Origin: Lepidodermella squamata
Lineage: Eukaryota > Animalia > Gastrotricha
Length of the DNA stretch: 64,000 nt
Reading direction: 5' to 3'
Assembly: GCA_047495785.1 (NCBI GenBank)
Contig: JBLDXI010000001.1
Location: forward strand, 2,604,001 to 2,668,000
A program made the translations under genes and the position numbers. The notes beneath the pieces are model-generated. The model worked only from the letters and a program-made list of their open reading frames with translations. It searched no databases and was not told the DNA's origin. Each line of letters begins with the position of its first letter. Position 1 is the stretch's first letter. Of the stretch, positions 50,301 to 62,760 are shown one piece after another.

Positions 50301-53300
50301 TGGCCTGAAATGATTAGGAATAACTTTTTCGACTGCGGAATCCTTGCTGCATATAAGTTTTAGGTCTTTCATCCTGGCAAGCCTTTTGGAATCTGCTCAC
50401 TGCTCATATCAACTTACGGACTTGATTAAAATGATGATGCTGTGTAAATAATTACCTCCCTCGAATAAAAGCCCTCCGAATAATATCCCGATTTTTTCAC
50501 CAATTTTCGAGTTCGGAAAAACCAAGAGCCATGGCAATATTCAATAAAATACGGCAAATCCAATTCAGCCAGTTCAAGCTTGCGGCTTTATTTAAGCTTG
50601 AAGCATATATAAATCAGGTCTACGATAAATTGGATCGAAATGAGCTGGGCAAACTCAAATTTCTCGACTCTGTCACTCACTGCCTCTCTGAGCTCAATCA
50701 GAACGACTTCTTTTTATCAACATTCGGTCTCCGCCACAATAAAAAATTATTTTTGTAGCCAACAAAATTCGCGAAAATCCCAATTTATGGGGAAAACAAG
50801 TTATTTCAACTCACGGCTCAAGGTAGAAGCCAAGTGATGCGCCACGAGATTGCCACTGATTTTGCTCCGATTGAATATTCAACCTCTGAACAAAGGTCAA
50901 GCCAAGCGATGCTAGAACCTCAGCAACACGCCCGATTTCCATCTTCTCAGCCGCGCTGAACAGCTGCGCGGAAACTGGTCGCAGCGTCGGCTGAATGATA
51001 TCAAGCAGAGACGGCAGCAAGTCGAAAACAATCGACAGCGGCGAGGAGAAGAAAACCCGCTCTCCGGGCGTCATACCCGCCAAAAAGCCCGTCAACTGGT
51101 TATTCCGCTGACTAATCAACTGGCGCATGTCCATACTGGTCTTCGGAAACGCCAAACGACCAGGCTGCGGCATGGCGAACATCAAATGGCAGGCGGTTGA
51201 GATCAAGGGCGTTGTAGTGTCATAGTCATAGCGTAGCCGATTTCCGCCCCGGCTATCGACATAGCCGAGCTTTGAATCGTATCGGCAAAGGCCATCCAAT
51301 CCGCCATTTGCGAGGCTGCGATCAAAAAATCATCGCGCACCCTCGTGTTGAGGTAATTCTCAAAAATTCCATTCACCAACAACTCGTGGTCGGTGTTCAT
51401 CGAAACTGAGCTTTGAATCAAGTCATACCGGCTCGTACGGGCTGTGGCAGGTTGCTGTTTGAAAATTGTTTGAAGGCAGTCGAACATTGATTTTTCAACG
51501 TCCTTATTAAACCCCATTTTCGGCAATTTCGCGATTTGGTCATTAGTCACCCTGGTCACGTCACGCTGCTGGCGGCGTTGCGTGGTCGCCAAATCAGCAT
51601 TTTGACCCGGGTTCGAACACGCGACTTTCAGTGTCTGTAAAATGTTGATACAAACTCGAATATCACCATGGGCGCATTCGACGATTTGATTAACCGCCTT
51701 AGATTCAATTTCCATTTTCTCCTTCCTAGCGATATCTCCGACGCGAAACGCGAGACGCTCCGGCGGCGGGGGTAGGCAGGATACGACGAAACAGTGCCGC
51801 CTTAAATTGCGCAACGCAGTCGCGTATTGATCGTTGCAAATGCAGATGACAGGCCGGCGTAATTCATGACTATTTTTTCCGCCTTTTTTCTTCGATTTTT
51901 TCGATGAATCATCGGCGGCACCACCGCCGGTTACGTAACTAATCAAAACATCGACCGCAGCTTGCGGTGCTCCGTCAATTTCGTCCAGCACCAGACAGGC
52001 GGGTTTCGGCTTCGAAATCGGTTTCCCATCGCCGTCCCTAGCGACGTTCAACATACCCCGGGTTTCGACGACCGACTCTAAATAATCGCGGAAAACAGCG
52101 GCAGATCGGTCATCACTCGCGTTGACTTCAATCATTTCATAACCGCAATGCCTAGCTGCAATGTGAGCTAGGGTGGTTTTGCCTAGACCCGGCGGGCCGG
52201 TTAACAGCAGAATTCGTTGAGCTGGCCAAGTTTCAGTTTGATCCATCATTGGCGTCACAACCGTGTTTTTCGGCTTGAAATTGTTGTTCGGCTTAAAATT
52301 GTTGTTCGGCTTGAAATTGCTGTTCGGGTTCCGATTTTGCCATTTGTTGAATTGGCCACCCTGGTTTTGCTGATGTTGGTACGGCTGTTGCTGTTGCTGC
52401 TGCTGTTGGTCATTTCGATCGTTCCGCCCCGAAAAACTCAGCCTCGATTTCTTTTCTTTACCGAAAACTCCTTTATCCCACAAGCGAAGCCTAAAAACGT
52501 GAAATAATGGTAATTAAGAGATGAAATTAAACAATTTTAAGGGTGCTAACCATTGGAGGACAATGCGATTAGTAGCTTCATCGCTGACTAGGTCCATGTA
52601 GGAACAAGGGGCGTACTTTCGCAGCCATAATTCCGTGTTCACAGCAGCTCTACTCATGATGCTTTGAGTGCTCGGAGCCTTCGGGGTTTGGTCAGATTTC
52701 GCAACCTAAATAATGAAAAAATAATGAAAATTCAATTTAAATACATATTATAATTAAATGTTCAAGTTAAATCTAATTAACATTAATTTATAATAAAGCA
52801 TGTATGTATGCATTTCTGCCTTATGCATGAGGTTTAAGCCTCAAAACTATGAGTCTTTCAGCCCCTCGGTCGTCTTTCTTTCACCTCGGTGTAGGGACAG
52901 ATCCGGTCTGCCAGCAACTACAAGCCCTAAGAAGCCCGCAACGCCGACTACTCCAATAAAAATCACCAAATTTGACACGCCTGAGTCACTAAAAGCAACA
53001 AATCAACAACCACGCTTCAACAGGAGGTTCCGTTCAAATATACGGCTGGTTTGCATCAATCAGTCACGACTCCTCTTATTGAAGAAATCAAAGAAAATCC
53101 GCGCCCATTACGTTTTTTCGGCGTTGAAATCGACGAAGTTGCCGTAAATGAAGGCGCTCGGATTCGAGTTTTAAACATCGATAAACAGCGCGTACTTCGA
53201 ATGTACAAAAAATCCAACCCGACGAACCTCGTCAAGATTTTGAGCAACAATTCGCTAAAAATACGGGCAGCCTTCGCCGCGAAACCATGGCCGGGCTCTA

Positions 53301-55062
53301 CTGAGTTCAAGCCTGGCCGTGGCGCTGGTAATTAGCAAGTTCAACCTCAATGACTCGAAAAATATATGTTATTCGATATTCGATATTTGGGTCTATTTCA
53401 GTTTTTCGAAGGGTGCTAACGTGAAGCGCCATCGGATCAAGTGCGCGGCGGTTGAAAAAAACTCGTGACTCCTGCTTCGTTGTTTTGAGTCACTTTGCAG
53501 GCCGATTTGAACATCGATAAAAGGTCGAATGCCCACATTGCAGGCTACATCACCCGGCATTTGAACCTGAAACCCGACAGCAATCAACCCGATAGCTTTC
53601 TGAGCCGCGGCAGCCCGGTGATACCGAATGCTGATCATCCGTGAAGCTGTTTCCGCCCCGTGCCGCGACTGGTGGTTCGAGTTCGAATTTGCCGACAGAT
53701 TATATTATTCTTTACACCGGAAACTCCTCAGTCTTCGCCCTCTCTCGCGAGTATCAAGCCTATGGCTGAAATTAAATGAAGATAGTCCTCATCTTTTCAA
53801 GGTAAATACCCATTGAATAGCATGTGCGGTGCACAATTGAGAACTGCGAATGCATATTTTTCAATAATTTAAGCTTTTAGACAATTTACAACATGCCTAC
53901 GACTAGGACATCGAGGCGGAATTTCGCATGATCAGAAAAATCACGGTTCATTACGTCCATACGATTCGGCGAAACAAGCAGAAGAAGCAGCACAATCACG
54001 TATTGTCTAAGGGTGTGCCGGGAAAACTCATCCATAACCCGAAATTGTTCCGATATATCGCTGTTTATATCACTCAAGAACTCAGCTGGAGCCGACCGGT
54101 TGGAATTTGACGACTTTATTCACTCGCTCTCGAGGTGGCCTAGCTCACCCTCACCGAGACGTCGGCGTTGTGAAAGTCTACTGCAAGGCGGAAAATCGCA
54201 TCAGGTTTATGCAATCCGAGTTCCAGGGAGAACTGTTAGCTATTTTTCTCAGCCATATACCTGTCGATCTCAAACTGCAAATTTTGCGACTTCTGAAATA
54301 GACCTTCACAAAACGGATTGCTAATTATATAAAATACCAATATTAATTATATCGATTTTCGTGTCTGCGTTAACAGCCTTTTCCTTGCGTGGAGTCTCCA
54401 TAACGTTAAGACTAAATCTGTCAGATGACTCATAAAGTGCTTTTTACATCTAAAACTCATCCAAAATCGTTAAAATTTGCCAAAAAACGTTTGCAATTGC
54501 CAATTTTGTGGTACAAATTGAAGCTTTCAAAGTTAATTCCTTTTTTCGCTGTCCGAAGTCCACTGAATCGATTGATCAAACTTAAATTCATCGTAATTGA
54601 TTAGGAGTTGAATGAATAATCATAAATTTTCGGAAATTTTTCAAAGGCATTTCAGGGCGAATTATTTATAATTTAGTTCCGCTTCCCGTCAAATGTAATA
54701 AGACCCATAAGTAATTACCAAATGTGTAGCAACATCTTTCAAATCTCGCCATGATTTCGAACACGTCCAGACCAGAAAATTCTCCTCAGCATATCGATCT
54801 TCACGAAAATTATCCACGCTACGGACGGTAATACGCGTTCTTCTGCCGTCATCAGGAACGGACACAGTCAAGTAATTGGCTTGATTGGCTAAATTTTGGG
54901 AAATAAATTTTCGAATTGAACTTTCATTTTCATTTCGCCGAACTTACACAGAGGAACCCGGTCAACGGGTCGTGGCCTCTTCTTTTCTTCTGCTACAGGG
55001 TAATTTTCAACGTCTTCATCCGGCGAAGCACTGCTAGGTCGTTTTCCGCTAACAACTTCCAT
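47396..55062 (-). CDS. CHTF18: Chromosome transmission fidelity factor 18 (RFC-like AAA+), with an apparent frameshift near 51210
   Basis: Exons 55062-54948, 54888-54719, 52705-52551, 52490-50815 (frame change at about 51203-51225), 48650-48506, 47794-47396. LWLRKYAP, GPPGLGKTT, EVNASDDRS, LDEIDG, RPVICICND, terminal VWYRFNEGYSNAVRR. Confidence 0.9.
48700..48900 (+). mobile_element. Possible highly decayed LINE fragment in a CHTF18 intron
   Basis: HLGVIFDLKF and IRAVQ*R resemble post-RT LINE motifs (LGVxFDxKL, IExVQRR). Many stops. Confidence 0.3.
52990..54304 (+). mobile_element. Decayed P-element/THAP9-like transposase fragments in a CHTF18 intron
   Basis: FFGVEIDEVAVNEG resembles the first catalytic FDEM motif. 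HIAGYI...LSRGSPVIP (about 53530) and YIAVYI...SRGGLAHP (about 54050-54150) resemble the C-terminal YIAGY...RGGLxxPS motif. 12-bp inverted repeat ggtctatttcag at 53390-53401 and 54293-54304. Confidence 0.5.
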
Positions 55063-55781
55063 AACGAAAAAATTATCACTCTAGAAAAAACGAGAGGCAC
55101 CTCAATAAAGCGAATTCAGTCTTTTATTTACCGAAAACTTTTTTATATCATCATCTCCAAAATGAATTGTCGATATTAATTATAATAATTATAGTTAGGC
55201 ATAACGTAGTAAAACGCAAAGATGAACGTAAATACCGATGGCTCGATGATTTAAAACACGCACTGTACAACACATATGGGGAACAGGTGGTTAAGCAGAA
55301 AGAAGACTAAAGTTCGATCATCGCAGCCGGTATTTTTTCGTTCTACCAAATTATTATTATTGATATTATGCAGATCGCCACACGACTTGGTCGGTTAGTT
55401 GTCGACGTTCAGGAACTCGATGGTAAAAAACGCCAAAATCTTACATTCGCACGCTAGAACAACGACACGCCTCTTGTACGCAAAAACTTGTCAAAAATTT
55501 AAGGAGGATTCGGACGACCGCTGGACAGGAACCTGCTACCTGGAATTTTCTGTAACAAATTGATTTTCTGGACTCCAAATCGAGGCGGGTAATTGGTGGA
55601 ATTATTGAGGATGAATTATTGGATTATCTAACGACTTTAGGGTGGAACTTTCGAGATAACCGGATACTTCCAATCGATTGAGGGCCAAATTTTGCTTCAT
55701 AAAAGAATAAACGAGGCAGAACAAAAGCGCGTGGCATAATCTGCTTGACGGTGATTGCGGTAGCTATTTTTCAATTTTTTC

Positions 55782-58700
55782 TCATTTTTTATCACTCAGC
55801 TTCAAATCTACGCTGCGTCCGTCGGCCGTGAAGACGCAGTTATTTTCAACAAGAAACGCGTGGCACGCGTCTTCGTCATCGAAAGCCAGCTTTTGGCTGA
55901 TCAAGTCAACGCCGAGAGTTGGCCGAAAACTGACATGCGGCATACGCATAAGGGCACAAAAACATGAAAAAGTTATACAATTATAAAACAAAAAAACTCG
56001 TCAAAATATAATCATCGATCAAAAATTTTGATAAAAATTTCAGAGGGGCACAAAGAACCCCAAGAACAAAACGTACGCTTTAACGATAGCTCCGAGAGCT
56101 TTTCTCCGCTGCCGGTCGATGAACCAACCAATCAGGAATGACGACATTTTAGGGGCATTGCTATAAAGCTTGAAAAACCGAGTGTGGTTCTGAGTATTCC
56201 ACGCAGAAACCGTTTCAAGGGCATGTGAAATGCACTCATCCTTCTTTTCCTCCTCCGTCAAAACAGCCATTTCGTGAATAATATCTGCAATTAAATCGAT
56301 AACAAATCCACCTTAAAATAAATGATTTCGACAAACCGAGCGGGCTATTAGTAAAACAATAATACAAAAACCGGTAGGCAGTAAATTCCAATCGATGACG
56401 ACTTCCAGTTCCATCTTTGTACATGGCTCGAAGTTGAGTTTGACACTGATAAACGCATAAATTAGCAAATCCAACATGAATTCTCAATTCTTATAAAAAC
56501 CTGGTTAAATTCTTCGTGATCTTTGTTTTCAAGTGCCAGTCTTGCGTGCAGTTCGTAGATAGATACTGCGAATTCGTCTCGAACACATTGCACGGTCAGA
56601 TCTTGCCGAATCGATTTCAGTTGTTCGCAACAATACGAGTAGTTGTGGTCGCTTAGCCACCGCTTTTTCACCAATTCCACAGACTTCTTAAGCACCTCAA
56701 CCGGGCGAACTGTCGCAGCTTCCGGGGCTTTTGTCAAACGGTAGTAGCGTTTCTCGAGATCAACGCAGGTACCGATGATTGGGGTAGATAACGCCAGTTC
56801 AATGCTGAATTCGTTGCCTTGGGCGTCAAAGGCGTCGTCCGCATCAGCACAACCCGCAAACCGCATCGCGCGTTTTGAAAGATTAGTATTGTGAGTGGCA
56901 AGAGCTTCGGGCGTTAATCGCCAACCTTTCGCCCGACCTCCTCGACCAGCACCACGGGGTTGCAAAATACCATGGCTGAGACGAGCCCGAGCACCTTCGG
57001 CTGAATTGGGAGCTGATAGAGATTTGCCAGATGATAGCATGAATGGCGAAGAATCTTGTTGCTCAACTCTGAAATTGCAAAAAGTTAAAAGGTGTTTATA
57101 TAATAGGTAAAATAATCTTGCTTTCTCATGCGCTTAGTTTGCCGCGCCGACTTAGGTTGATCCCTATCGGGGCTTTCGTCATCAGCCATAAATCGACTCG
57201 ACTTCGCGCTTTTTTTAGATCTTTTCAGGATAACATAAATTTGAATTACAATAACGAAATTTTGTAAACAGAAATGAACCTTTTAGGTAACTCGCGAGAG
57301 CTGGAGGTGGAGCTTCGAGTGTCAGTACTCTCAGAGCTGCTGTCTCGGAAACGACCTCGGCCCCTATTTCGATTGGTTTCAGCTTCTGACCGGTTCTTAG
57401 CAAGACCAACATTGAAACGATCATCGTCGTAATAAGATGATGACAGAACAGCTTTCGGGGTAGGAACAGTCACGCCACCACGGCCAAGTTTTCTACCCCT
57501 GCCACGGCTAGCTGAGCCGAAATTCGAAGTGGAGTCGAAAACATTTGGAAGAATGTTGAAAGGGTCTTTGGAGAAATCCAACTTTTGAAGAACTCCATTG
57601 CGTGAAGCTTCGTCGATTTTGTCCATTAAAATCTGTTGAACTCTATCGGCATCTTCCTTCTTTGGGTAAGCGGCGAATACTCGAACCATATAGTTACTCA
57701 AAGCTTCGCTGCTGTCAACTGAAGTCTGCTCGGAGTTGGATTGTTGGGCTTGAGCATTTGGTGGGGTACTGCCTTCAGCCCAACGCGATTTCCGTTTAGG
57801 TTTGTTTACAGCATTGGCCCATTCATCGGCTGTGTTATTTCCCGGGGTGGGCGAAGAGCCTTCCGCTGCACTTGGTTGCTCGAAGACGCTCGGGGCGTTG
57901 GAAGTGGGTTTAGTAGCTTTAGTTGACATCAGATTAAACTGAATTTGCCCACGTCCGCGGCCACGCAGAAAGCTACCACCGGATGCTCTCCCTTGTTGAG
58001 ATTGCGTACCAACAGGATTGTAGCGAGACTGATCTGGAAGCAACGGAAAAAATTAAATTTATCAACAAAAACTGGGCCGAGAAAACAAAGGTAGGGTACT
58101 TCCGCACAGTAATAATCATATCATTAGTGTGTAATTTATTGGTTAATTGCGCACAAAGCGAGACTGGTAAGTTCCGCAAAAACTTCCGCTCATAAAGATT
58201 AGCCCGAAACGAATCGAAGCACTTGAGACAAAAAGAGGGATAAAACTGAATAAATAAATAATGCTAAACATGGCTAACAATCCAGATAGACCGCCAGCGG
58301 GAAATGATTTCCGCACAATTGAAGTTGTTGAAATCGTAACCAGTATAGCAGTCTATCACATCATCTACCATGTCGCGCTCATTGAGATCAAACAAACAGA
58401 TTAAAGATTTTGGCGCTCAACCCCCAAGAACACATCGAGCCAAACAGAAGGCTGATGTGGCAGTGCTAGCAGTCGCAGATGTACCACCACCACCCCCGCT
58501 TGAGTTCGCGGACCAACCTGAAACTGTTTCTAAGGTATTTTGAAGACTTCTGGATTGAGAAAATTGGCATCGCTGTGTGGAACGTTCATCGTGAAGATAT
58601 TCGAACGAATAACTTCGTCGAAGGTAAAAGATTTTTTTGCATACATTTTCGCTACTAATTTGACAATACCCAAGGTTGGAACTACCGCATTCAAAAGCTG

Positions 58701-59500
58701 GCTAATGGCATTCACCTCGGCATTTGGCGCCCATCAGAACTCCTCATTCGTGAAGAGCAAATCACCCGAGCGAACCTAAATAAACCGCCGAAAGTCCGTC
58801 GCCGCCTAGCTTACATTCGTGTTCACGACCGCCTCAACAGCCTATTCGATCAACTAGATTCGGGCGAATTAGGGTTCATGGCCTTTCTCGATTCTGCGAG
58901 CTACAGCATGTCCGACATCAAGGATGTTCTACCCGACTCGGACGAAGATTGGGACATCGCCGCTGCACGGGCGCAGGCTGCAATGGCCGATGGTGGCTGG
59001 GTTGAGGCGATCGAAGAAGTCGAAGCCACTTTTGCTGCTAATTAACCATATTTTACATACTTATTAGTGGACTAATTAGTAATTAATCGCTGATACATTT
59101 CAAGGCAATAGCGATGGCAATAAAAATGTGCGGAAATAAACTTGTGCGGAACTTGACCTGTGCGGAAAAATTTGTGCTCCAAGTTCCATTGTGCGGAAGT
59201 ACCTGTGCGGAAGTACCTTGACTCCCGAGAGAACATACCTGATTCGTTTGCAGACTGCATGAGATTCTGATCAGATGTAACACTTCCAATCGGCTGCTGC
59301 TGGTAGTAATATGTATCGTACCACGACTGCTGAGGCGCGTAGGGATTTGCAGAGGTAGGAGCGGATGACCACGGAGTAATCGATGTCACAGATTTATCGC
59401 TACCCTGAACTTGGGGAGGGCCCGAATATCCACTCAGAGGAGGGTAATTGGAATCATAGGCTGACTGTCCGTCAGCTCCCTTAGATGCAGAGTTTTCCAT
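55782..59500 (-). CDS. LENG8: LENG8/Thp3-like SAC3-GANP domain protein
   Basis: Exons 59500-59239, 58033-57280, 57220-57122, 57068-56501, 56445-56337, 56284-56077, 55929-55782. [64 protein letters not shown]. Confidence 0.93.
58087..59225 (+). mobile_element. Internally deleted Mutator-like (MULE) DNA transposon in LENG8 intron 1
   Basis: TIR core ggtacttccgcacag at both ends with TGTGCGGAA subrepeats. 9-bp TSD cgagaaaac (58078-58086) and cgagagaac (59226-59234). Transposase C-terminus YFEDFWI...WNV...RTNNFVEGW is open to the stop at 59045 after removing intron 58624-58674. Confidence 0.9.
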
Positions 59501-59881
59501 TCACCTCCTGCTGCACAAATGATCTGTCGAGTAAAAATCTAAACATCAAAATCGAATGGAATGATAGAAGAGCAACTTGAGAAGAAGGGTTTCAAATTGT
59601 ATCATTAGATAAGATGATTAAAAATTAAAAATAATAATAATTTTCATTTAGTTAAGGCCAAAGTTGCAAGGGCTGGCCGTTTTCTCAATATGATTTTTTA
59701 CACGAAACACGAACTACCAATAATACTGAGCAAAGTAAGACTAGTGAGGCAGGCAACAATTTGGCTTTTCTAACAGCAAAGCTGAAGCCCCTAGGGCAAG
59801 ATGAATGTTGAGGAAAAGTTAGTTTCTTACAAAAATGATGTCGAGTAGAAGGTTTGAGAAAAAACTTATTGATTTTAAGAG

Positions 59882-61950
59882 TGGATGGATGGATGGATGT
59901 TAGACCCTGGCACCAATTCTGGTGATTTAACAGGGCTTGGGTTGAAAGTTTGGCCTGTCACTGATAATTCGATGTTAGGCGCAGAGATGGCGCAGTGTGA
60001 TACAAAAATAAATTATAAAAATAGAGCTATGATCTATTTGGTCCATTCAGACACCTGCTCGATGAAGAATTGCTGCAAGTAAGCGGCTTTGCGACAGGCT
60101 TTGCGGATGAAGGGGTCGGCCTTGCTCCAGGCCTTCGAACCACGGATGATGAAGGTTCGATCTTCAGTGACACTGTCGGACTGCGTAGCTTTGAGGCTGC
60201 CGTTATCGGCACTGCTGAGTCCGGGGTTGACCTTTTTTCGACTTGAATAGCTCGACGGGCGCTTCGTCATGGAGGCACTGGAATACCAACTTGGTTTCGT
60301 GTACTTGCCTTCTTCCAGCGAGAGTGAGCCATTTTAGGTGGCAGCGTAGGTCGTCGACTGGGCATGAGTTCATCATTAGCACTCGGATGGCGTTGCCTTG
60401 TGCTCTGTCAAGGGTCTTTCTGGCAGCAGCAGAGCCAGCACTGAGTATCACGTCACAGTAGCTTAGTTGCGAGTTCACTAGGCTGTTGTAGATAGCTTTG
60501 CGACCTTTTAACGGGATACCGTTCTGGCCAGCTAGACGGAGGGCGTAGAATCCGCTGCGACACTTGGCATGGACGAGCTGGGCGTGTTCTTCGAAGCTGA
60601 GGCGATTATCGACTTGTGCTCCGAGCAACTTGATTGATTGTTGAGGATGAATGAACGTTCCGTTCACATTAACTGGTAGGTTGATGGCGATTTTCGCGGT
60701 TTTCGGGGCGATGTACATTATTTGTGACTTGGTTTCATTCAACTTCAGAGAGTTGACACTAAACCAATTTGCGACATTGCAGAGCTGTTTTCGAGTATGG
60801 ACTTAGCTTCATCAATAGTTGAACCAATCGCATATATCATCATCGCACATGACGGAATAGCAGTTAGGATCGTCAATGGTCTGTGGCAGTTCATTAACAT
60901 AGACGGTGAAAAGAAGAGGGCCAAGGACACTCCCTTGATGGACACCATATCTGATTGGCAAAGGCGACGAGGAGATGTTGCCGACTTCAACCTTCTGACG
61001 GTTATATAGATAGTCCGTGAACAGGTTCAGGGCTTCGGGTCGAAGACCAAACGAGCGGAGAGATTTGATAACCCCAGCAGAGTCAAGCGAATCGAACGCC
61101 TTTAGTAGATCCAGGCTGGCAGTGGCGACGTACTTGTTTTGTGCTGCAGCTACGAGCCACTTCTCAGCAAGCGATACCAGACAGCCGCTTGTCGAGTGGT
61201 GTTAGCGAAAGCCGAACTGGTATTTTGACAGGATGCTGTTCAGGTGAGGTTTCAGTTGTTCACCGAGGCAACGTTCGAAGAGTTTCAGGCATCCAGGTAG
61301 GATCTAGATAGGACGGTAATTCTCAGGCAGTTGTTTCTCGCCAGACTTATGGATTGGTGTTACAACATTGTTTTTCCAGTCTTCTGGAAGTAGATCACCT
61401 TTGAGAATGCCGTTGAACAGGGAGACCAAGGCGGCGTTCATGGCTGGGCCATTAATGCTGTCTCGTAGAACAAATTCAGGAATACCATCGTTGCCAGCAG
61501 TATTGTTCGAGAGTTTGCACTTTCAATCAAATCTTCTTCCGTGATTTTGCGAAACTCGAAGGCACAATCGATACTAGATGCGCGGCGTTTCATAGTAGGC
61601 GTTGGTAACGATTTGGCGATTTTCTCTCCGACTGTACAAAAATAAGCGTTGAAAGTATCAGCCATGGCGGTAGCTGTGATGTCGTCAATTTCTTCGTGTT
61701 TCTTTTTGTTCGGCATGAAGTCGTTCAGAATTTTCCAGACTTATCAGCAGGTCACCGCCTGCTTCGGTCAGACGGTCTTCATAGTGCTTTTATTTCCAGT
61801 TTCTCTTCAATTTCTTCACTTTTGTTTTGATGGCCTTGATGCGAGTCATTAAATTGGGACGTTAGCTGATCTCGGTGAGCCTTATTCTTTTCCTCGATGG
61901 CCAGTATCAGTTCGACGTCGAGTTTCTTCGGTGTGAACCCCGGTCATCAT
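59882..61950 (-). mobile_element. Decayed non-LTR retrotransposon (CR1/L2-group-like RT), frameshifted
   Basis: FNAYFCTVG, NYRPI, QFGFR, LDLLKAFDS, GVHQGSVLGPLLF, degenerate YADD, KLLGAQVDNRLSF; many stops and frameshifts; (CATC)n 3' tail at about 59882-59899. The 5' boundary is approximate. Confidence 0.88.
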
Positions 61951-62470
61951 TAGATCACGAAATAGCCACCTTTGATTCAAGAACAGCAGGTCAAACTTAG
62001 CCTATGATTATAGTTGAGAGGGGACATAAAAGGTGAATCTAGAGGTGAAGTTTTTCGAGACCTTTCTAGAACATTACGATGTTTGATTAGATAAGGTTGC
62101 CAGACGAATGAGGCCAACTGTAGGTCTGGCAAAGAGTTGGAAGCACGAAATAGAAACTGAGATATTTCTTGTGGGAAATGAGTTCAAGATCAAACACAAA
62201 GGCGACGGCACTTAACGTGTAGTTGGTTACAGTGAGCCGGGAAGGTACAGTGAGCTACCTATGATGACGCCAAGATCGATTGCTTCTGTCACCGAGTTGA
62301 TAATATGAGCGACGAGAATACCGCTGACATTCATTGCAGGCAGTTCGTTTTTAATTCCAAGTAATTTCGGTGTCAAGACATCCTCTGAGTCTTCTCGTTT
62401 AACTTCAGGCTATTTAACCGTAGCTAATAGTCAAGTTGCTGCGAAGGTTTAAGGTTAGTTGCATTTAGAG

Positions 62471-62760
62471 GGGAGCACTAGCCTAGAGGATAAGGAAGCT
62501 AGCCTATGTGCATGAGGTCGTGGGTTCAACGCCCGCTGACCGCTGACGTCGCCCGACGCCCGACAGTGGTTTAGCAATCCACTGATGAGTAAAAAAATTG
62601 CTACTCGAGTGTAATTTGAAAAAATTGCTCGGGGCTCTCTGGGGCTACGGGATGTATGCTCTAGAAGAGGGCGTAGGGACCAACGCCCGGCCTCGGCGTT
62701 CGGTACACTGAGGTAGATGTATGCCACCGTAAAATAGCTTACAGGAGAATGTGAATGAGA
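62471..62760 (+). mobile_element. tRNA-derived SINE
   Basis: A box TAGCCTAGAGG (about 62479), B box GGTTCAACGCC (about 62523), short GAATG-like repeat tail, perfect 11-bp TSD tgcatttagag at 62460-62470 and 62761-62771. Confidence 0.85.

Noticed and set aside
54338-54449. Exon-like segment in a CHTF18 intron
   Set aside because: In-frame TAA at codon 2 and a length of 112 nt break the phase; the flanking exons join in frame without it.
59125-59218. TGTGCGGAA repeats with short variable spacers, superficially CRISPR-like
   Set aside because: Eukaryotic context and spacers too short; these are subterminal repeats of the MULE TIR.
62582-62625. CTGATGAG hammerhead core in the SINE
   Set aside because: No GAAA after the putative stem II, and the core is sequestered in a hairpin.
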